NCBI GenBank assembly: GCA_963772365.1
Contig: CAVYXA010000001.1
Span: 1,216,001 to 1,280,000 of the forward strand
Source: an uncultured Verrucomicrobiae bacterium
GTDB lineage: Bacteria > Verrucomicrobiota > Verrucomicrobiia > Chthoniobacterales > UBA10450
Reading direction: 5' to 3'
Length of the DNA: 64,000 nucleotides
The position numbers and the translations under genes were made by a program. Positions within the stretch are counted from its first letter, which is position 1. Each line of letters opens with the position of its first letter. Shown here in pieces: positions 47,349-57,645 of this stretch. The notes under the pieces are model-generated. The model was not told the DNA's origin, did no database searches, and saw nothing but the letters and a program-made list of their open reading frames with translations.

Positions 47349-47528
47349 GAAAGCGACGCGATGCACGTCGCACTCCCAAAGCTTCGCAAAATAGGATCGA
47401 CAGCGACCTTGTCCATTCAAAAGCGGCGCGAGGACGCGCACACACTCCTAAAGCTTCGCAAAATGTAAAGTCTGTCTCGGTTTCGGACGCAGTCCTTTCG
47501 GAGTGCGATGCGTCCTCGCATCGCTTTT
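47349..47528. repeat. GGAG-type REP cluster (three units)
   Basis: Two AAAGCG...CACTCC.AAAGCTTCGCAAAA units and one inverted GGAGTGCG...CGCTTTT. Confidence 0.85.
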
Positions 47529-47570
47529 CCCAGCGAATGCAACTCGCCACTCGGCAAACCCGGCCCAGTC

Positions 47571-48635
47571 CTACCGCTCGTTGGTGTGTACGACGATCTC
47601 GACCCGCCGATTTGGTTGTTGCCGTGCAATCTCATAATCGGTTTCTCCTGCGTAAGAATTAGGCTGGACGACGAATTTCGTTTGACCGTAGCCGCGAGTC
47701 TCGATTTGCGCCGGATTGATTCCCATCACATAAACCAAATACGTTTTTACGCTCTCAGCCCGCCGTTGGCTCAGATCGAGATTGTAATCCGGCGGCCCAA
47801 ACGAATCGGTATAGCCTTCGACTGTGAACGTTGCCTTCGGATTTCGCCGGATCAGCGTGCCGAGCTTTTGCAATTGGGCGATCGCGCTCGGCTGCAAATC
47901 CGCACTGTCGTATCGGAAAAGCTGGTCGTCCGGCATCCGCAATTTGGTCCCCGATCCGAGCGGTCCTTTCTGCGACAGTAACTGATCGAGATCGCTGAAA
48001 CCGGGCGCGCGTCCCTTGTTAGGCCCGGCGCTGTCCGCCGGGATCTTACTCGTAAACGTGTTCGGTTTTTTAATCGTCGTGCTCGTGGCCAATTCGTTAC
48101 CATCCAGGGCCGGTTGCGGACGCCCCGAAATCACCGAGTCGTTCAGCAGCGATTGCTCGTGGATCGCGTTCGGACTGTCAGAAAGTGATTGCGCCGTGCT
48201 GCGTTCGATCTCGCTCATCACCGATGTCGCGTCCGGCTGTTCCACTTTCGGCTTATCCGGCAATACATCGCGCGTGTCGTCCGGCATTGCCGCACTGGCT
48301 TGAATGTCCTGCAAAAGTTTGTCGAACGATTTCTTCTCGTCCGGCAATTGCACGTCGGTCTTATCCGGCTCCGGTTTCGCCGCCGGATTTATTGTATCGA
48401 CGCTGTTCTTGTCGATGTTCGGATTTACATCAACGCTTCTTACCTTGAACGTCGCCGTCTGCTCTGGCTTGGTGATAGCTGCTTCCAAGGGCTGAAATCG
48501 TGTTCGATAAAACCAGAAGCAAAGCGCCAAATGCAACGCGAGCGAAACGATCAGCCCAACGAAGAGCCAGTTGCGTTGCTTTCCCCCGCTGACTAGCGCC
48601 TGATACCCGATATCATCAATCTCCCGAACATTCAT
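47571..48635 (-). CDS. OmpA/MotB C-terminal domain protein
   Basis: N-terminal TM; LFRYDSA, VEGYTDSFG..YN..LS.RRA, NRRVEI. Confidence 0.9.
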   Translation of the reverse strand: MNVREIDDIGYQALVSGGKQRNWLFVGLIVSLALHLALCFWFYRTRFQPLEAAITKPEQTATFKVRSVDVNPNIDKNSVDTINPAAKPEPDKTDVQLPDEKKSFDKLLQDIQASAAMPDDTRDVLPDKPKVEQPDATSVMSEIERSTAQSLSDSPNAIHEQSLLNDSVISGRPQPALDGNELATSTTIKKPNTFTSKIPADSAGPNKGRAPGFSDLDQLLSQKGPLGSGTKLRMPDDQLFRYDSADLQPSAIAQLQKLGTLIRRNPKATFTVEGYTDSFGPPDYNLDLSQRRAESVKTYLVYVMGINPAQIETRGYGQTKFVVQPNSYAGETDYEIARQQPNRRVEIVVHTNER

Positions 48636-49405
48636 GATCGGACATTAGACAACGCGCTGCCGTTTCGCGTTCGCTCAATAAATGCCCGGGCCGCACGCCG
48701 GATCTCCTCGGCCACACGCGCTTCAGGCGAAACAAACTTTGGGGTAAACCATGGAAAAAAACCGATCAGGTCGTGCGTCACCAGAATCTGGCCGTCGCAA
48801 TGTTCTCCCGAGCCGATACCGATGGTGGGAATACTGATCGCGCTTGTGATTTGTTTCGCGATGTCCGCCGCTACAATTTCCAGCACGACCGAAAACGCAC
48901 CCGCTTTCTCAACCGCTCGCGCATCAGCCAGCAACGCCTCGGCTTCGGATTGCGTCCGTCCTTTGACCTTGTAGCCACCTTCTTCGCGAACGCTTTGCGG
49001 TAACATTCCAATGTGCGCCATGAACGGAATCCCTGCGTTCGTAATCGTTTCGATTTGCCGAATGCGAGCAGTGCCGCCTTCAAGTTTCACCGCTTGCGCG
49101 CCAACATCGACAAAACGCTTTGCCGTCTCCAGTGCGTGCTCAGCAGTCTCGTAGGTATGAATTGGCATGTCCGCTACGAGCAGCGCCTGCTTCACCCCGC
49201 GCGCGACCGCGCGAGTATGATGCAACATTTCATCCAGTGTCACGCTCGTGGTGTCCTCGTAACCGAGGACGACCATCCCCATGGAATCGCCAACCAAAAT
49301 GATGTCGATTCCGCTCTCATCCAGCAGGCGCGCTGTCGGATAATCGTAAGCCGTTAACGCGGTGATTTTCTCACCGCGCTGTTTCATAGCTCGAAAATCT
49401 TTCAT
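48632..49405 (-). CDS. panB: 3-methyl-2-oxobutanoate hydroxymethyltransferase
   Basis: TAYDY, LVGDS, ADMP, KLEGG, IGIGSG..CDGQILV. Confidence 0.96.
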   Translation of the reverse strand: MKDFRAMKQRGEKITALTAYDYPTARLLDESGIDIILVGDSMGMVVLGYEDTTSVTLDEMLHHTRAVARGVKQALLVADMPIHTYETAEHALETAKRFVDVGAQAVKLEGGTARIRQIETITNAGIPFMAHIGMLPQSVREEGGYKVKGRTQSEAEALLADARAVEKAGAFSVVLEIVAADIAKQITSAISIPTIGIGSGEHCDGQILVTHDLIGFFPWFTPKFVSPEARVAEEIRRAARAFIERTRNGSALSNVRS

Positions 49406-49474
49406 CAACAACACTGTAGGGGAAGCTGACAGCTTCCCCGCGAATCTGCAACTGAGCCGTGAACCGCGGTTTCC

Positions 49475-49629
49475 GGGGAGCGCACGCATTCTGCGTGCTG
49501 GTGAAGGCATTCTGCCTTCACGAAATTTAGGGACGAATGGACATCGCGAATCATTGGGGAATCGATTAGGTCTGGAAAGTTCGCCTCTTTAAAATACGGC
49601 GGCCAGCACTCTGTAAGCGTGCGCTCCCC
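49475..49629. repeat. 155-bp MITE/REP-like element with 13-bp terminal IR
   Basis: GGGGAGCGCACGC ... GCGTGCGCTCCCC, internal hairpin GTGAAGGCA/TGCCTTCAC. Confidence 0.75.
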
Positions 49630-49673
49630 CCAATCCCACACGCGCGCTTGCGTAGTAGAATGCGCGGCAACAT

Positions 49674-50174
49674 CTACCATTCACTGCGAAACCGCGCGAC
49701 GCCGCTCTGTTCTTTGATTCCGCCGAGCAGCTCGCGAGCGCTTTGGGTTTGGCCGGGAAAAACGAAATCGGGAGCAATATCGGCAAGCGGTTGCAGAACA
49801 AACTTCCTGTCCTGCATTCGAGGATGCGGAAGCCGCAATTCTTCGCTGTCGACCCTGACATCGCCCGCATAAAGCAGATCGATGTCGATCTGACGCGAAA
49901 CATTGCGCGGATGATTAGAAGGACGCCCGAGAGCATTTTCGATCTCGCGCAATTTTTTCAACAGCGCAAAAGGGTCGCCCGAATAATCGAACTCGATCAC
50001 CGCATTCAAGAATTTGCCGGCGCCCGGTTCGCAATTCACGGCATCCGTCTCGTAAACTGCTGAGGAAAGGATCGGCTGTTCGACACCGGGAAGATCGACA
50101 ATCGCTTCGCGCGCCGCGCGCAGATTCGCCAGTCGATCGCCAAGATTTGACCCTAGAGCAACGGCGGTTCTCAT
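49674..50174 (-). CDS. folK: 2-amino-4-hydroxy-6-hydroxymethyldihydropteridine diphosphokinase
   Basis: ALGSNLG, FLNAV, RQIDIDLL, LPHPR...RKFVLQPL. Confidence 0.96.
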   Translation of the reverse strand: MRTAVALGSNLGDRLANLRAAREAIVDLPGVEQPILSSAVYETDAVNCEPGAGKFLNAVIEFDYSGDPFALLKKLREIENALGRPSNHPRNVSRQIDIDLLYAGDVRVDSEELRLPHPRMQDRKFVLQPLADIAPDFVFPGQTQSARELLGGIKEQSGVARFRSEW

Positions 50175-50186
50175 GATTCTTACCCA

Positions 50187-50269
50187 GTCATGTCGAGCGA
50201 AGTCGAGACATCCCGCGGACCAACCCTTAGGGCAACATCACGGGATTCCTCGACTTCGCTCGGAATGAC
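50187..50269. repeat. GTCAT..CGAGCG-type palindromic element (half copy also at 52682-52717)
   Basis: GTCATGTCGAGCGAAGTCGAG ... CTCGACTTCGCTCGGAATGAC. Confidence 0.8.
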
Positions 50270-50276
50270 GAGTTCG

Positions 50277-50963
50277 CTACAATCCGAGCACATCCTGCAT
50301 GCTGTAAAGTCCGGGCGACTTTCCAATCACCCATTTTGCTGCGCGCAATGCGCCTCGCGCAAAAATCTCACGACTGCTCGCCCGGTGCGTAATTTCCAAT
50401 CGCTCGCCGCTTCCTTTGAAGATCACGGTGTGATCGCCTACAATTTCTCCTTCACGGATCGACAGAATTACGATTTCCTTAAGGTCGCGGCGTGTTTCTT
50501 TTAAAATCTCGGCCAAGGTTTTAGCCGTTCCACTTGGCGCGTCTTTTTTGTTCGTATGATGAGCCTCGGTGATCTCGAGATCAAAGCTACCTCCTAGGAT
50601 CTCAGCGGCCTTCTTCGTTATTGCAAAGAGTACGTTCACACCAACGCTGAAGTTCGATGTATACACGATGGGCAAGCTCTGCGCCGTCTTCTCAATCAAT
50701 TCGCGTTGCTCGAAAGAATAGCCGGTTGTTCCAATGACAAGCGCTGTTCGATGTTTTAAAGCGGCGGCACAAATCTCGTCGTTGGCGGCGGCGTTGCTGA
50801 AGTCGATTGCAACATCGCACTGCTTCATCGCCGCCTCAATCGGATCGCCCAGGTCGCATTGGGCGACGATGTCGATGTTCGGATCACTTTCGGCAAGATC
50901 GACAATCGTTTTGCCCATCCGACCGGCTGCGCCAATTAATAACGCGCGAACCGGTTTGCTCAT
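50277..50963 (-). CDS. dapB: 4-hydroxy-tetrahydrodipicolinate reductase
   Basis: GAAGRMG, IGTTG, NFSVGV, EAHH..KKDAPSGTA. Confidence 0.96.
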   Translation of the reverse strand: MSKPVRALLIGAAGRMGKTIVDLAESDPNIDIVAQCDLGDPIEAAMKQCDVAIDFSNAAANDEICAAALKHRTALVIGTTGYSFEQRELIEKTAQSLPIVYTSNFSVGVNVLFAITKKAAEILGGSFDLEITEAHHTNKKDAPSGTAKTLAEILKETRRDLKEIVILSIREGEIVGDHTVIFKGSGERLEITHRASSREIFARGALRAAKWVIGKSPGLYSMQDVLGL

Positions 50964-51838
50964 TTTGCTTTTTCGAATTCCTCCAGCGTTTTGCGCAGAC
51001 GCGCCTGATTCGCTTCGCTCATTTCGCACAGGGGCAGGCGGACTTCACCCGACATCACTCGGCGCCAGGCAAGCGCCGTTTTCACCGGGACCGGATTCGG
51101 TTCGATAAACAAATCTTTGAATACGGCAAACATCCTTTCGTGTAATTGCTGGGCGGTTTTGGCATCCCCTGCTTCATAGGCGCGAACCAATGCGCATACT
51201 TGCGACGGATAAAGATTGGAAGCCACGCTCACAACTCCCGCAGCACCGACCGACAGGAACGGCAGAGTAAGCGAATCGTCGCCGCTCAAGATCGTAAATG
51301 AATCCGGAAGCCGCCGGCGCAGGTCGCTCACCCGCTCGACGCTCCCGCTTGCCTCCTTGATCGACACGGTGTTTTTGCATTCAGCAGCGAGACGCACAAC
51401 CGTTTCCGGTCCAATATCCACGCCGCAGCGGCCGGGAATGTTGTAAAGAATAATCGGCAAAGTCGTCGCTCGCGCGATGGTTTGAAAATGGCGAAACAAA
51501 CCCTCCTGGCTGGGCTTGTTGTAGTATGGAGCCACCAGCAACGCGCCGTCGGCCCCGAGTTTTTCGGCCAATTTTGTGTCGTTCACGGCATGTTGCGTGT
51601 TGTTTGAACCGGTGCCGGCAATCACCTGGCATCGCTTGTTCGCGATCGTGATGGCCAGCCGAATTACCTGCTCACGCTCGTCGGCTGAAAGGGTAGGCGA
51701 TTCTCCCGTTGTTCCAACGGCGACGATGCCTGTTATGCCGGCGGCAATCTGCGATTCGATCAGTTTCTCCAATGCGGCAGCGTCGACGCCGCCATCGCGA
51801 AATGGTGTGACCAGCGCTGTGAATGTGCCGCGAAACAT
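50960..51838 (-). CDS. dapA: 4-hydroxy-tetrahydrodipicolinate synthase
   Basis: ALVTPF, GTTGES, PYYNKP, YNIPGR, KEAS, SGDD. Confidence 0.97.
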   Translation of the reverse strand: MFRGTFTALVTPFRDGGVDAAALEKLIESQIAAGITGIVAVGTTGESPTLSADEREQVIRLAITIANKRCQVIAGTGSNNTQHAVNDTKLAEKLGADGALLVAPYYNKPSQEGLFRHFQTIARATTLPIILYNIPGRCGVDIGPETVVRLAAECKNTVSIKEASGSVERVSDLRRRLPDSFTILSGDDSLTLPFLSVGAAGVVSVASNLYPSQVCALVRAYEAGDAKTAQQLHERMFAVFKDLFIEPNPVPVKTALAWRRVMSGEVRLPLCEMSEANQARLRKTLEEFEKAK

Positions 51839-51852
51839 CTTCCAATTTGTAG

Positions 51853-52656
51853 CTAAATCTCGATTTGCCCTTCAAAAACAAACTCGGCCGGCCCGGTGAG
51901 CGTGACCTTCTCGAGCTGCTCACCCTTTTTCTCAAAGCCAACTTGTAATTCATCTCCCCCGCGCACGAGGACACAGATCGGACCATCGACATTTTCGATG
52001 GCAGCAAAAATCAACGCGCTCGCTACAACGCCCGTTCCGCAAGCAAGGGTCTCATCTTCCACTCCCCGCTCGTAAGTACGAATGGCAATTTCTCCTGGTC
52101 CGCGCTTTTCCAGGAAATTCACGTTTGCACCTTTGGGCGAAAAGCTTTCATGCTGGCGAATGGCGCAGCCTTCGCCGCGAACATCGACATCATCAATACG
52201 CGAAACCGGAACAACAACATGCGGCACACCACTGTTGATGAAATGGACCGCTCGTTGTTGTTTTCCGAGCGTCAGCGGAATGTTGAGCCGCAGATATGTC
52301 GGCTCGCTCATCTGCAATGTCACGAGATCACCGCGCAGTTCCGCGCCGATGACGCCAGCTGGAGTTTCAAAGGAAATCCTGCCCTTCGATCCGGCGAGCT
52401 TGTTCGCAAAACGAGTGAAACAACGAGCGCCATTGCCGCACATCTCGGCTTCGCCGCCGTCGCGATTGTAATAGCGCATCCGGAAATCGGCGCCATTCAA
52501 CGATTTTTCAAGCAGCAAAATTCCATCTGCGCCGATGCCCCGATGACGATCGCAAATCCGCGCGATCTGGTCCGGATTCAGATGAATGTCGCCGGCCCGA
52601 TTGTCGATCATCACGAAATCGTTTCCCGCGCCATTCATTTTGGTAAAGCGCACCAT
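51853..52656 (-). CDS. dapF: diaminopimelate epimerase
   Basis: FTKMNGAGNDF, EMCGNG, GVPH, ERGV..ETLACGTG. Confidence 0.96.
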   Translation of the reverse strand: MVRFTKMNGAGNDFVMIDNRAGDIHLNPDQIARICDRHRGIGADGILLLEKSLNGADFRMRYYNRDGGEAEMCGNGARCFTRFANKLAGSKGRISFETPAGVIGAELRGDLVTLQMSEPTYLRLNIPLTLGKQQRAVHFINSGVPHVVVPVSRIDDVDVRGEGCAIRQHESFSPKGANVNFLEKRGPGEIAIRTYERGVEDETLACGTGVVASALIFAAIENVDGPICVLVRGGDELQVGFEKKGEQLEKVTLTGPAEFVFEGQIEI

Positions 52657-52802
52657 GATGTCGATCTTACTCCAGCTTGTTATCATGTCGAGCGAAGCGA
52701 AAGAAAGTCGAGACATTCGGAGATTGGACCGAAAATTCCGCTTTTCACGGCCTGAATTCTCGCGTTCTTAATTATTAGTTTTACTAGTTAACTCAGGAAA
52801 AC

Positions 52803-53099
52803 ATGTGCCGAAACATCAAGACTCTGCATAATTTTCATCCACCGGCGTCGGATGACGAGATTCGCGCGTCGTCGCTGCAATTCGTTCGGAAACTGTCCGG
52901 ATTTACCAAGCCGTCGAATGCCAACGAAGAGGCTTTCGCTCGCGCGGTAGACGAAGTCTCGCACGCCGCACATCATCTGCTCGATTCGCTGGTAGCGAAT
53001 GCGCCGCCGCGCAATCGTGAAACGGAGGCGTTGAAGGCGCGTGCGTGTTCGGCGAAGCGGTTTGGCAGAGCCGCGATTCAGAACGGAAATGGACATTGA
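52803..53099 (+). CDS. DUF2277 family protein
   Basis: MCRNIKTLHNFHPPASDDEIRASSLQFVRKLSG. Confidence 0.85.
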   Translation: MCRNIKTLHNFHPPASDDEIRASSLQFVRKLSGFTKPSNANEEAFARAVDEVSHAAHHLLDSLVANAPPRNRETEALKARACSAKRFGRAAIQNGNGH

Positions 53100-53120
53100 T
53101 CATTCGAGGAATCTTTCCCG

Positions 53121-53474
53121 ATGAAGAAATTATTTGTTGTCACCAGAGTGCGCGGGAAAGCGTGGGATTCGAGTAAACCGATGCGGTCTCAAAAACTATG
53201 GGAGGAACACGCCGCCTTCATGGACGACCTGGCCACGAATCGATTCGTGACTTTAGGTGGGCCTCTTGACGATGGACCAAAAACGTTGCTCGTGATCGAT
53301 GCCAGCGATGAAGCGGAAATTCGAAATACCCTTGCTCGCGATCCGTGGAGCAAGTCGGGCATCCTTGAACTGCAATCGGTCGAATTATGGACGGTCCTAC
53401 TTCAGGCCGGACCAGCCATTCGCGTGATGCCCTCGGCTCAGGAGCCGGTCGGATCCAACGCTCGCGCCTCGTAA
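53121..53474 (+). CDS. YciI-like protein
   Basis: H..FM..L......GGPL, DPW motif. Confidence 0.75.
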   Translation: MKKLFVVTRVRGKAWDSSKPMRSQKLWEEHAAFMDDLATNRFVTLGGPLDDGPKTLLVIDASDEAEIRNTLARDPWSKSGILELQSVELWTVLLQAGPAIRVMPSAQEPVGSNARAS

Positions 53475-53478
53475 ATTT

Positions 53479-53537
53479 TGTAGGGCAAGCGCATCGCTTG
53501 CCGATTTCGGATTGGCAGCCGGAGCGGCCGTCCTACA
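53479..53537. repeat. GTAG-type REP doublet
   Basis: TGTAGGGCAAGCGCATCGCTTGCC ... GGCAGCCGGAGCGGCCGTCCTACA. Confidence 0.82.
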
Positions 53538-53548
53538 ATGGAATCGAA

Positions 53549-53977
53549 ATGAGCAAAGGTTTCGAGAGCAAGCGCGCGCCCGAACCAGTCGGCGCATTTC
53601 CGCACGCCAAGCGCGTCGGCAACTTACTTTTCCTTTCGGGGATCGGACCGCGAAAACGCGGGAGCAAAGAGATTCCCGGTGTCACGCTGGGATCTGACGG
53701 CAGGATCGACAGCTACGATATCGAAACGCAATGTCGTGCGGTCTTTGAAAATGTGCGGCTCGTGTTGGAAGACGCCGGTGCAACCTGGAACGATATTGTC
53801 GACGTGACGGTCTTCCTCACCAACATGAAGAACGACTTTCCGGCCTACAACAAGCTCTACGCCGAATATTTCGCGGGCGAGGGAAAACCAAACCCGACCC
53901 GCACCACGATCGAAGTCGGTTCATTGCCGACTCCGATTGCGATCGAGCTAAAAGTGATTGCGGTAGCAGCCAGGTAG
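53549..53977 (+). CDS. RidA family protein (2-aminomuconate deaminase-like)
   Basis: APEPVGAFPHA, LFLSG, PTRTTIEV..LP, IELKVIA. Confidence 0.85.
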   Translation: MSKGFESKRAPEPVGAFPHAKRVGNLLFLSGIGPRKRGSKEIPGVTLGSDGRIDSYDIETQCRAVFENVRLVLEDAGATWNDIVDVTVFLTNMKNDFPAYNKLYAEYFAGEGKPNPTRTTIEVGSLPTPIAIELKVIAVAAR

Positions 53978-54024
53978 GGGCGATTGACCTCAATCGCCCC
54001 CGGTCGTTTGTTCCGATTACGAGT

Positions 54025-54492
54025 ATGAGCACGAGTAGGAAGTTCCGGATCGTCGCTGTCGATCATACCGGCTTCACGGTTTCAAATCTCGAGCGCTCGC
54101 TAGAATTTTGGCGTGACGTTCTCGGGTTCGAGCTCTCTCATCGGCCGCACCAAACCGGCGATCTTGCCAGCGAAATCACTGGAGTCGCCGGTGCCGAGAT
54201 TCAAATCGCCGTGCTCAAAGGCTACGGTCATAAAATCGAGTTGCTCGAGTATCTGGCGCCTGTCGATCGCAGACATGCCGATCTTCGGCCATGTGATGTG
54301 GGATTCGTTCATGTCGCGCTCGTGGTAGACAATCTCGATGCGATTCTGGAACGAATCGCCGCGGTGGATTGGAAAGCTGCCGGCAAACCGCAGACGCTGA
54401 CTGCCGGGCCGAACGCTGGCAAACGCGTCGTTTACGTCCGCGATCCGGATGGCACCACGATCGAGTTCATGGAGTTGCCGCGGGATGGCTGA
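54025..54492 (+). CDS. VOC/glyoxalase family protein
   Basis: DHTGFTV, IELLEY, HVAL, RDPDG..IEF. Confidence 0.88.
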   Translation: MSTSRKFRIVAVDHTGFTVSNLERSLEFWRDVLGFELSHRPHQTGDLASEITGVAGAEIQIAVLKGYGHKIELLEYLAPVDRRHADLRPCDVGFVHVALVVDNLDAILERIAAVDWKAAGKPQTLTAGPNAGKRVVYVRDPDGTTIEFMELPRDG

Positions 54493-55738
54493 GAGTTCCG
54501 CGCGCGACGTTTTTGTAGACGACGCCAGCTTTCATGACGAAAACGACGCGCCGCACTGCGGTGATGTCTTTGAGCGGATCGCCATCGAGCGCGATGATAT
54601 CGGCTTCGTATCCGGGTACGATGGAGCCAATGCGATTACCCATGCGCATGGCTTCAGCGGCTAGCGAGTTTGCAGAAACCATGGCGCTCATCGGATCGAC
54701 ACCGGCATCGCGGACGCGATCGATGAATTCCTCGGCGTTGCGACCGTGCGAGCCCGCAAGCGCGTCCGTGCCGAACACCATTTTGAGTCGGGGAATCTTG
54801 CTAGCCTGGCGGACAATATCGTGGTCACGCGACAAGGCCCGTTCCATCGCGGCGAACCCCTCCTCGGTGTAACCTTCCGTCCCGAGGAATCGGTCCTTGT
54901 TAGCGAGATAATTCTCGATCACGAGTCCAGCTTGCGGATCGAAGTAAGTGCCGTGCTCAGCCAAGACTTTCAGATCGTCATCGGTCGCCAGCGTGCCGTG
55001 CTCGACCTCGGTGCAACCAGCAAGCGCGGCGGCACGCACCGCGTCCTTGTAAGCGTGCACGAGCGTGCGCAAACCAAGTTTGTTAGCCTCGCCGCAAGCG
55101 GCATTGAGCTGTTCTTGCGAGAGCGTCATTCCGCCGCCCTGCCGTATGGAAGCCGACGCAAAAATTTTGATGAGATCCGCGCCGGCTTGCTTCTGCTTGC
55201 GTACGAACGCGCGAATCTCATCGGGTGTTCCCGTTTTCTCGCCTTTACCTACGAGCGGCTCCACCGCTGTGAGAATGCGCGGCCCTGGGATCGCTCCTTT
55301 TGCAATCGCGTCACGCAACGGGAGGTCCATAGGTGAGCCGACGCTCTGCACGGTGGTAAAGCCGGCCATTAACGTCACCCAGGCGTTTGATGCTGATTGA
55401 TACGCGGCGAACTGCGTGGTCTCCTCCGGTCCCGCGTTCTTGCCGTCGGGGCCGAAACTCCACGTGATATGAACGTGCGAATCGATCCAACCGGGGATCA
55501 CGGTGAAGCCACCCAGATCGTAATCGACGGGCGAAGCCTTCGGATCGAGCGCCACGATCTTCGAGCCTTCAACCACTAGGCGCGTATCGTGCAGGACGTG
55601 GCCACGCCCATCGAGCAGCGTACTCGCCCCGATCACGATGCGCTTTTTACCCGCCTCGCCAGTCGCGCATTTAATCTGCGGAATCGCGAACATGATGAGG
55701 ATAACTGAAAGGACGAAAATGAATTTGGTGAATCGCAT
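54467..55738 (-). CDS. amidohydrolase family protein with signal peptide
   Basis: PGWIDSHVH, DLIK, VHAY, EHG, FGTD, ADII. Confidence 0.88.
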   Translation of the reverse strand: MRFTKFIFVLSVILIMFAIPQIKCATGEAGKKRIVIGASTLLDGRGHVLHDTRLVVEGSKIVALDPKASPVDYDLGGFTVIPGWIDSHVHITWSFGPDGKNAGPEETTQFAAYQSASNAWVTLMAGFTTVQSVGSPMDLPLRDAIAKGAIPGPRILTAVEPLVGKGEKTGTPDEIRAFVRKQKQAGADLIKIFASASIRQGGGMTLSQEQLNAACGEANKLGLRTLVHAYKDAVRAAALAGCTEVEHGTLATDDDLKVLAEHGTYFDPQAGLVIENYLANKDRFLGTEGYTEEGFAAMERALSRDHDIVRQASKIPRLKMVFGTDALAGSHGRNAEEFIDRVRDAGVDPMSAMVSANSLAAEAMRMGNRIGSIVPGYEADIIALDGDPLKDITAVRRVVFVMKAGVVYKNVARGTLSHPAATP

Positions 55739-55859
55739 CACGAGCAATACCGTTCTGATCGCAAATCGATTTCGCCGTGTCGAGCGCGAATTGCGCGCAG
55801 ATCACGCAAAACCACTCGACACTCGTGCACGGACCGGAATGCTGAGCTAAGATCGCGTG

Positions 55860-57134
55860 ATGGAATTTTCGTCGGACGAGCATTTTGCAATTCAACTAGA
55901 CCGCGAGGATCCGCTCAACCGGTTTCGCGGTAAGTTCCACCTACCGCTTGGGAAAGATGGAAACCCGGTGATTTACCTCGCCGGCAATTCGCTTGGTCTG
56001 ATGCCCAAAGATGCGCGAGCGATTGTCGATCAAGAGTTGGATAACTGGGCAAAGCTCGGGGTGGATGCGCATCATGCCACAGGCACGCCATGGTATTCGT
56101 ACCACGAGCAGTTTCGCGAATCAATGGCGCGATTGGCCGGGGCGAGACCTGTCGAGGTCGTCTGCATGAACAGCCTCACCGTGAATCTGCACCTTATGAT
56201 GGCGACCTTTTATCAGCCGACAAGATCACGCTTCGAGGTTCTGATGGATGATCCAGCGTTTCCCTCCGACACTTACGCGATCAAGACACAGATCGTGCAG
56301 CGTGGGCTCGATCCGCGCGAAGCGCTCGTCCTGGTCCGGCCGCGCAAAGACGAATTCGCCATCCGCACCGAAGACATTGTCGATCTTATTGAGAAAAATC
56401 GCGAACAACTCGCCGTCGTAATGTTCGCAGGCGTGAACTTTTTCACTGGCCAGCTTTATGACATTGAGGCGATCACAGCTGCGGCGCAGAAGCAGGGAGC
56501 CATCATCGGATTCGATCTCGCCCACGCGATCGGCAATGTCCCCCTCAAGCTGCATGACTGGAACGTCGATTTCGCAGTCTGGTGCTCTTATAAATATCTC
56601 AATGCCGGGCCAGGCGCGATCGGCGGCGCCTTCATTCACGAACGCCACGTCAAGAATACGAAATTACCTCGGCTCGCTGGCTGGTTCGGGAACGATCCGA
56701 ATACCCGATTTCGTTTGCATCTGGAACCAGAGTTTGTGCCGGTTCCATCAGCCGATGCCTGGCAAATCAGTAATCCACCCATTTTTTCAATGGCCCCATT
56801 GCGCGCTTCATTGTCGATCTTCGATGAAGCGGGTGGAATGGAACCTCTTCGGGCGAAGTCGATCAGGTTGACGGGCTATCTTCAGTTCCTGCTAGAACGA
56901 GCCGGTTCAAACCGGTTCAACGTGATCACGCCGCGCGAAACGAATACGCACGGCTGTCAATTGTCGATCCTGGCGCAAGAAAATCCCAAGGAGCTGTTCA
57001 GCAAACTCAAAGCCGCTGATGTGAAATGCGATTTCCGCGAACCGGACGTCATCCGCGTCGCTCCCACGCCACTTTATAATACTTTTCAAGAAGTCTGGCG
57101 CTTTGTCAGAATCCTGACTGAGCATCAGGGATAG
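55860..57134 (+). CDS. kynU: kynureninase
   Basis: YLAGNSLGL, LTVNLHL, FPSD.Y, DLAHAIGN, WCSYKYLN, IRVAP.PLYN. Confidence 0.95.
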   Translation: MEFSSDEHFAIQLDREDPLNRFRGKFHLPLGKDGNPVIYLAGNSLGLMPKDARAIVDQELDNWAKLGVDAHHATGTPWYSYHEQFRESMARLAGARPVEVVCMNSLTVNLHLMMATFYQPTRSRFEVLMDDPAFPSDTYAIKTQIVQRGLDPREALVLVRPRKDEFAIRTEDIVDLIEKNREQLAVVMFAGVNFFTGQLYDIEAITAAAQKQGAIIGFDLAHAIGNVPLKLHDWNVDFAVWCSYKYLNAGPGAIGGAFIHERHVKNTKLPRLAGWFGNDPNTRFRLHLEPEFVPVPSADAWQISNPPIFSMAPLRASLSIFDEAGGMEPLRAKSIRLTGYLQFLLERAGSNRFNVITPRETNTHGCQLSILAQENPKELFSKLKAADVKCDFREPDVIRVAPTPLYNTFQEVWRFVRILTEHQG

Positions 57135-57143
57135 CCAGCCGGT

Positions 57144-57563
57144 TCAGGCAAACAATTCCTTTACGCAACTGATTAGCAGTTGAATCGAGAACGGCTTAAC
57201 GAGGTATTTCACCTCGTGCTGGTTGAAAAAGAGAGCGATGTTCGGGTCGGCAGCAAAGCCGGTGATGAAAATGAATCGATCAGACAACGATGGCCGCATT
57301 TCCGCCGCTCTGAGATAAAATTGATCCCCGCGCAATTTTGGCATCTTGAGGTCACAGATCACGGCATCGTACTCATGCGCTTTGACCTTGAGCAAGGCGT
57401 CCTCACCGTCGAATGCGGTATCGACCAGAAAATTTTCGTCGGCCAGGATCCACTGCAAAGCCGAGGCCAATTGCTTATCGTCATCGACAACCAAAATCGC
57501 TCTCAGTTCGAGAGTGTTAGTCGGCAGCTCAAGTTCATCCGGTTCCGGCTCAAATTGTCTCAT
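57144..57563 (-). CDS. single-domain response regulator
   Basis: ILVVDDD, DLKMP, ITGF, KPF. Confidence 0.88.
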   Translation of the reverse strand: MRQFEPEPDELELPTNTLELRAILVVDDDKQLASALQWILADENFLVDTAFDGEDALLKVKAHEYDAVICDLKMPKLRGDQFYLRAAEMRPSLSDRFIFITGFAADPNIALFFNQHEVKYLVKPFSIQLLISCVKELFA

Positions 57564-57645
57564 CTGAAGCTGACCTCTCAAGCAACCTCGATGCCAGTTA
57601 AACTGGCTTCCTGAGCATTGCGTTTTTGGTGGAGCTTGTGCGAGC

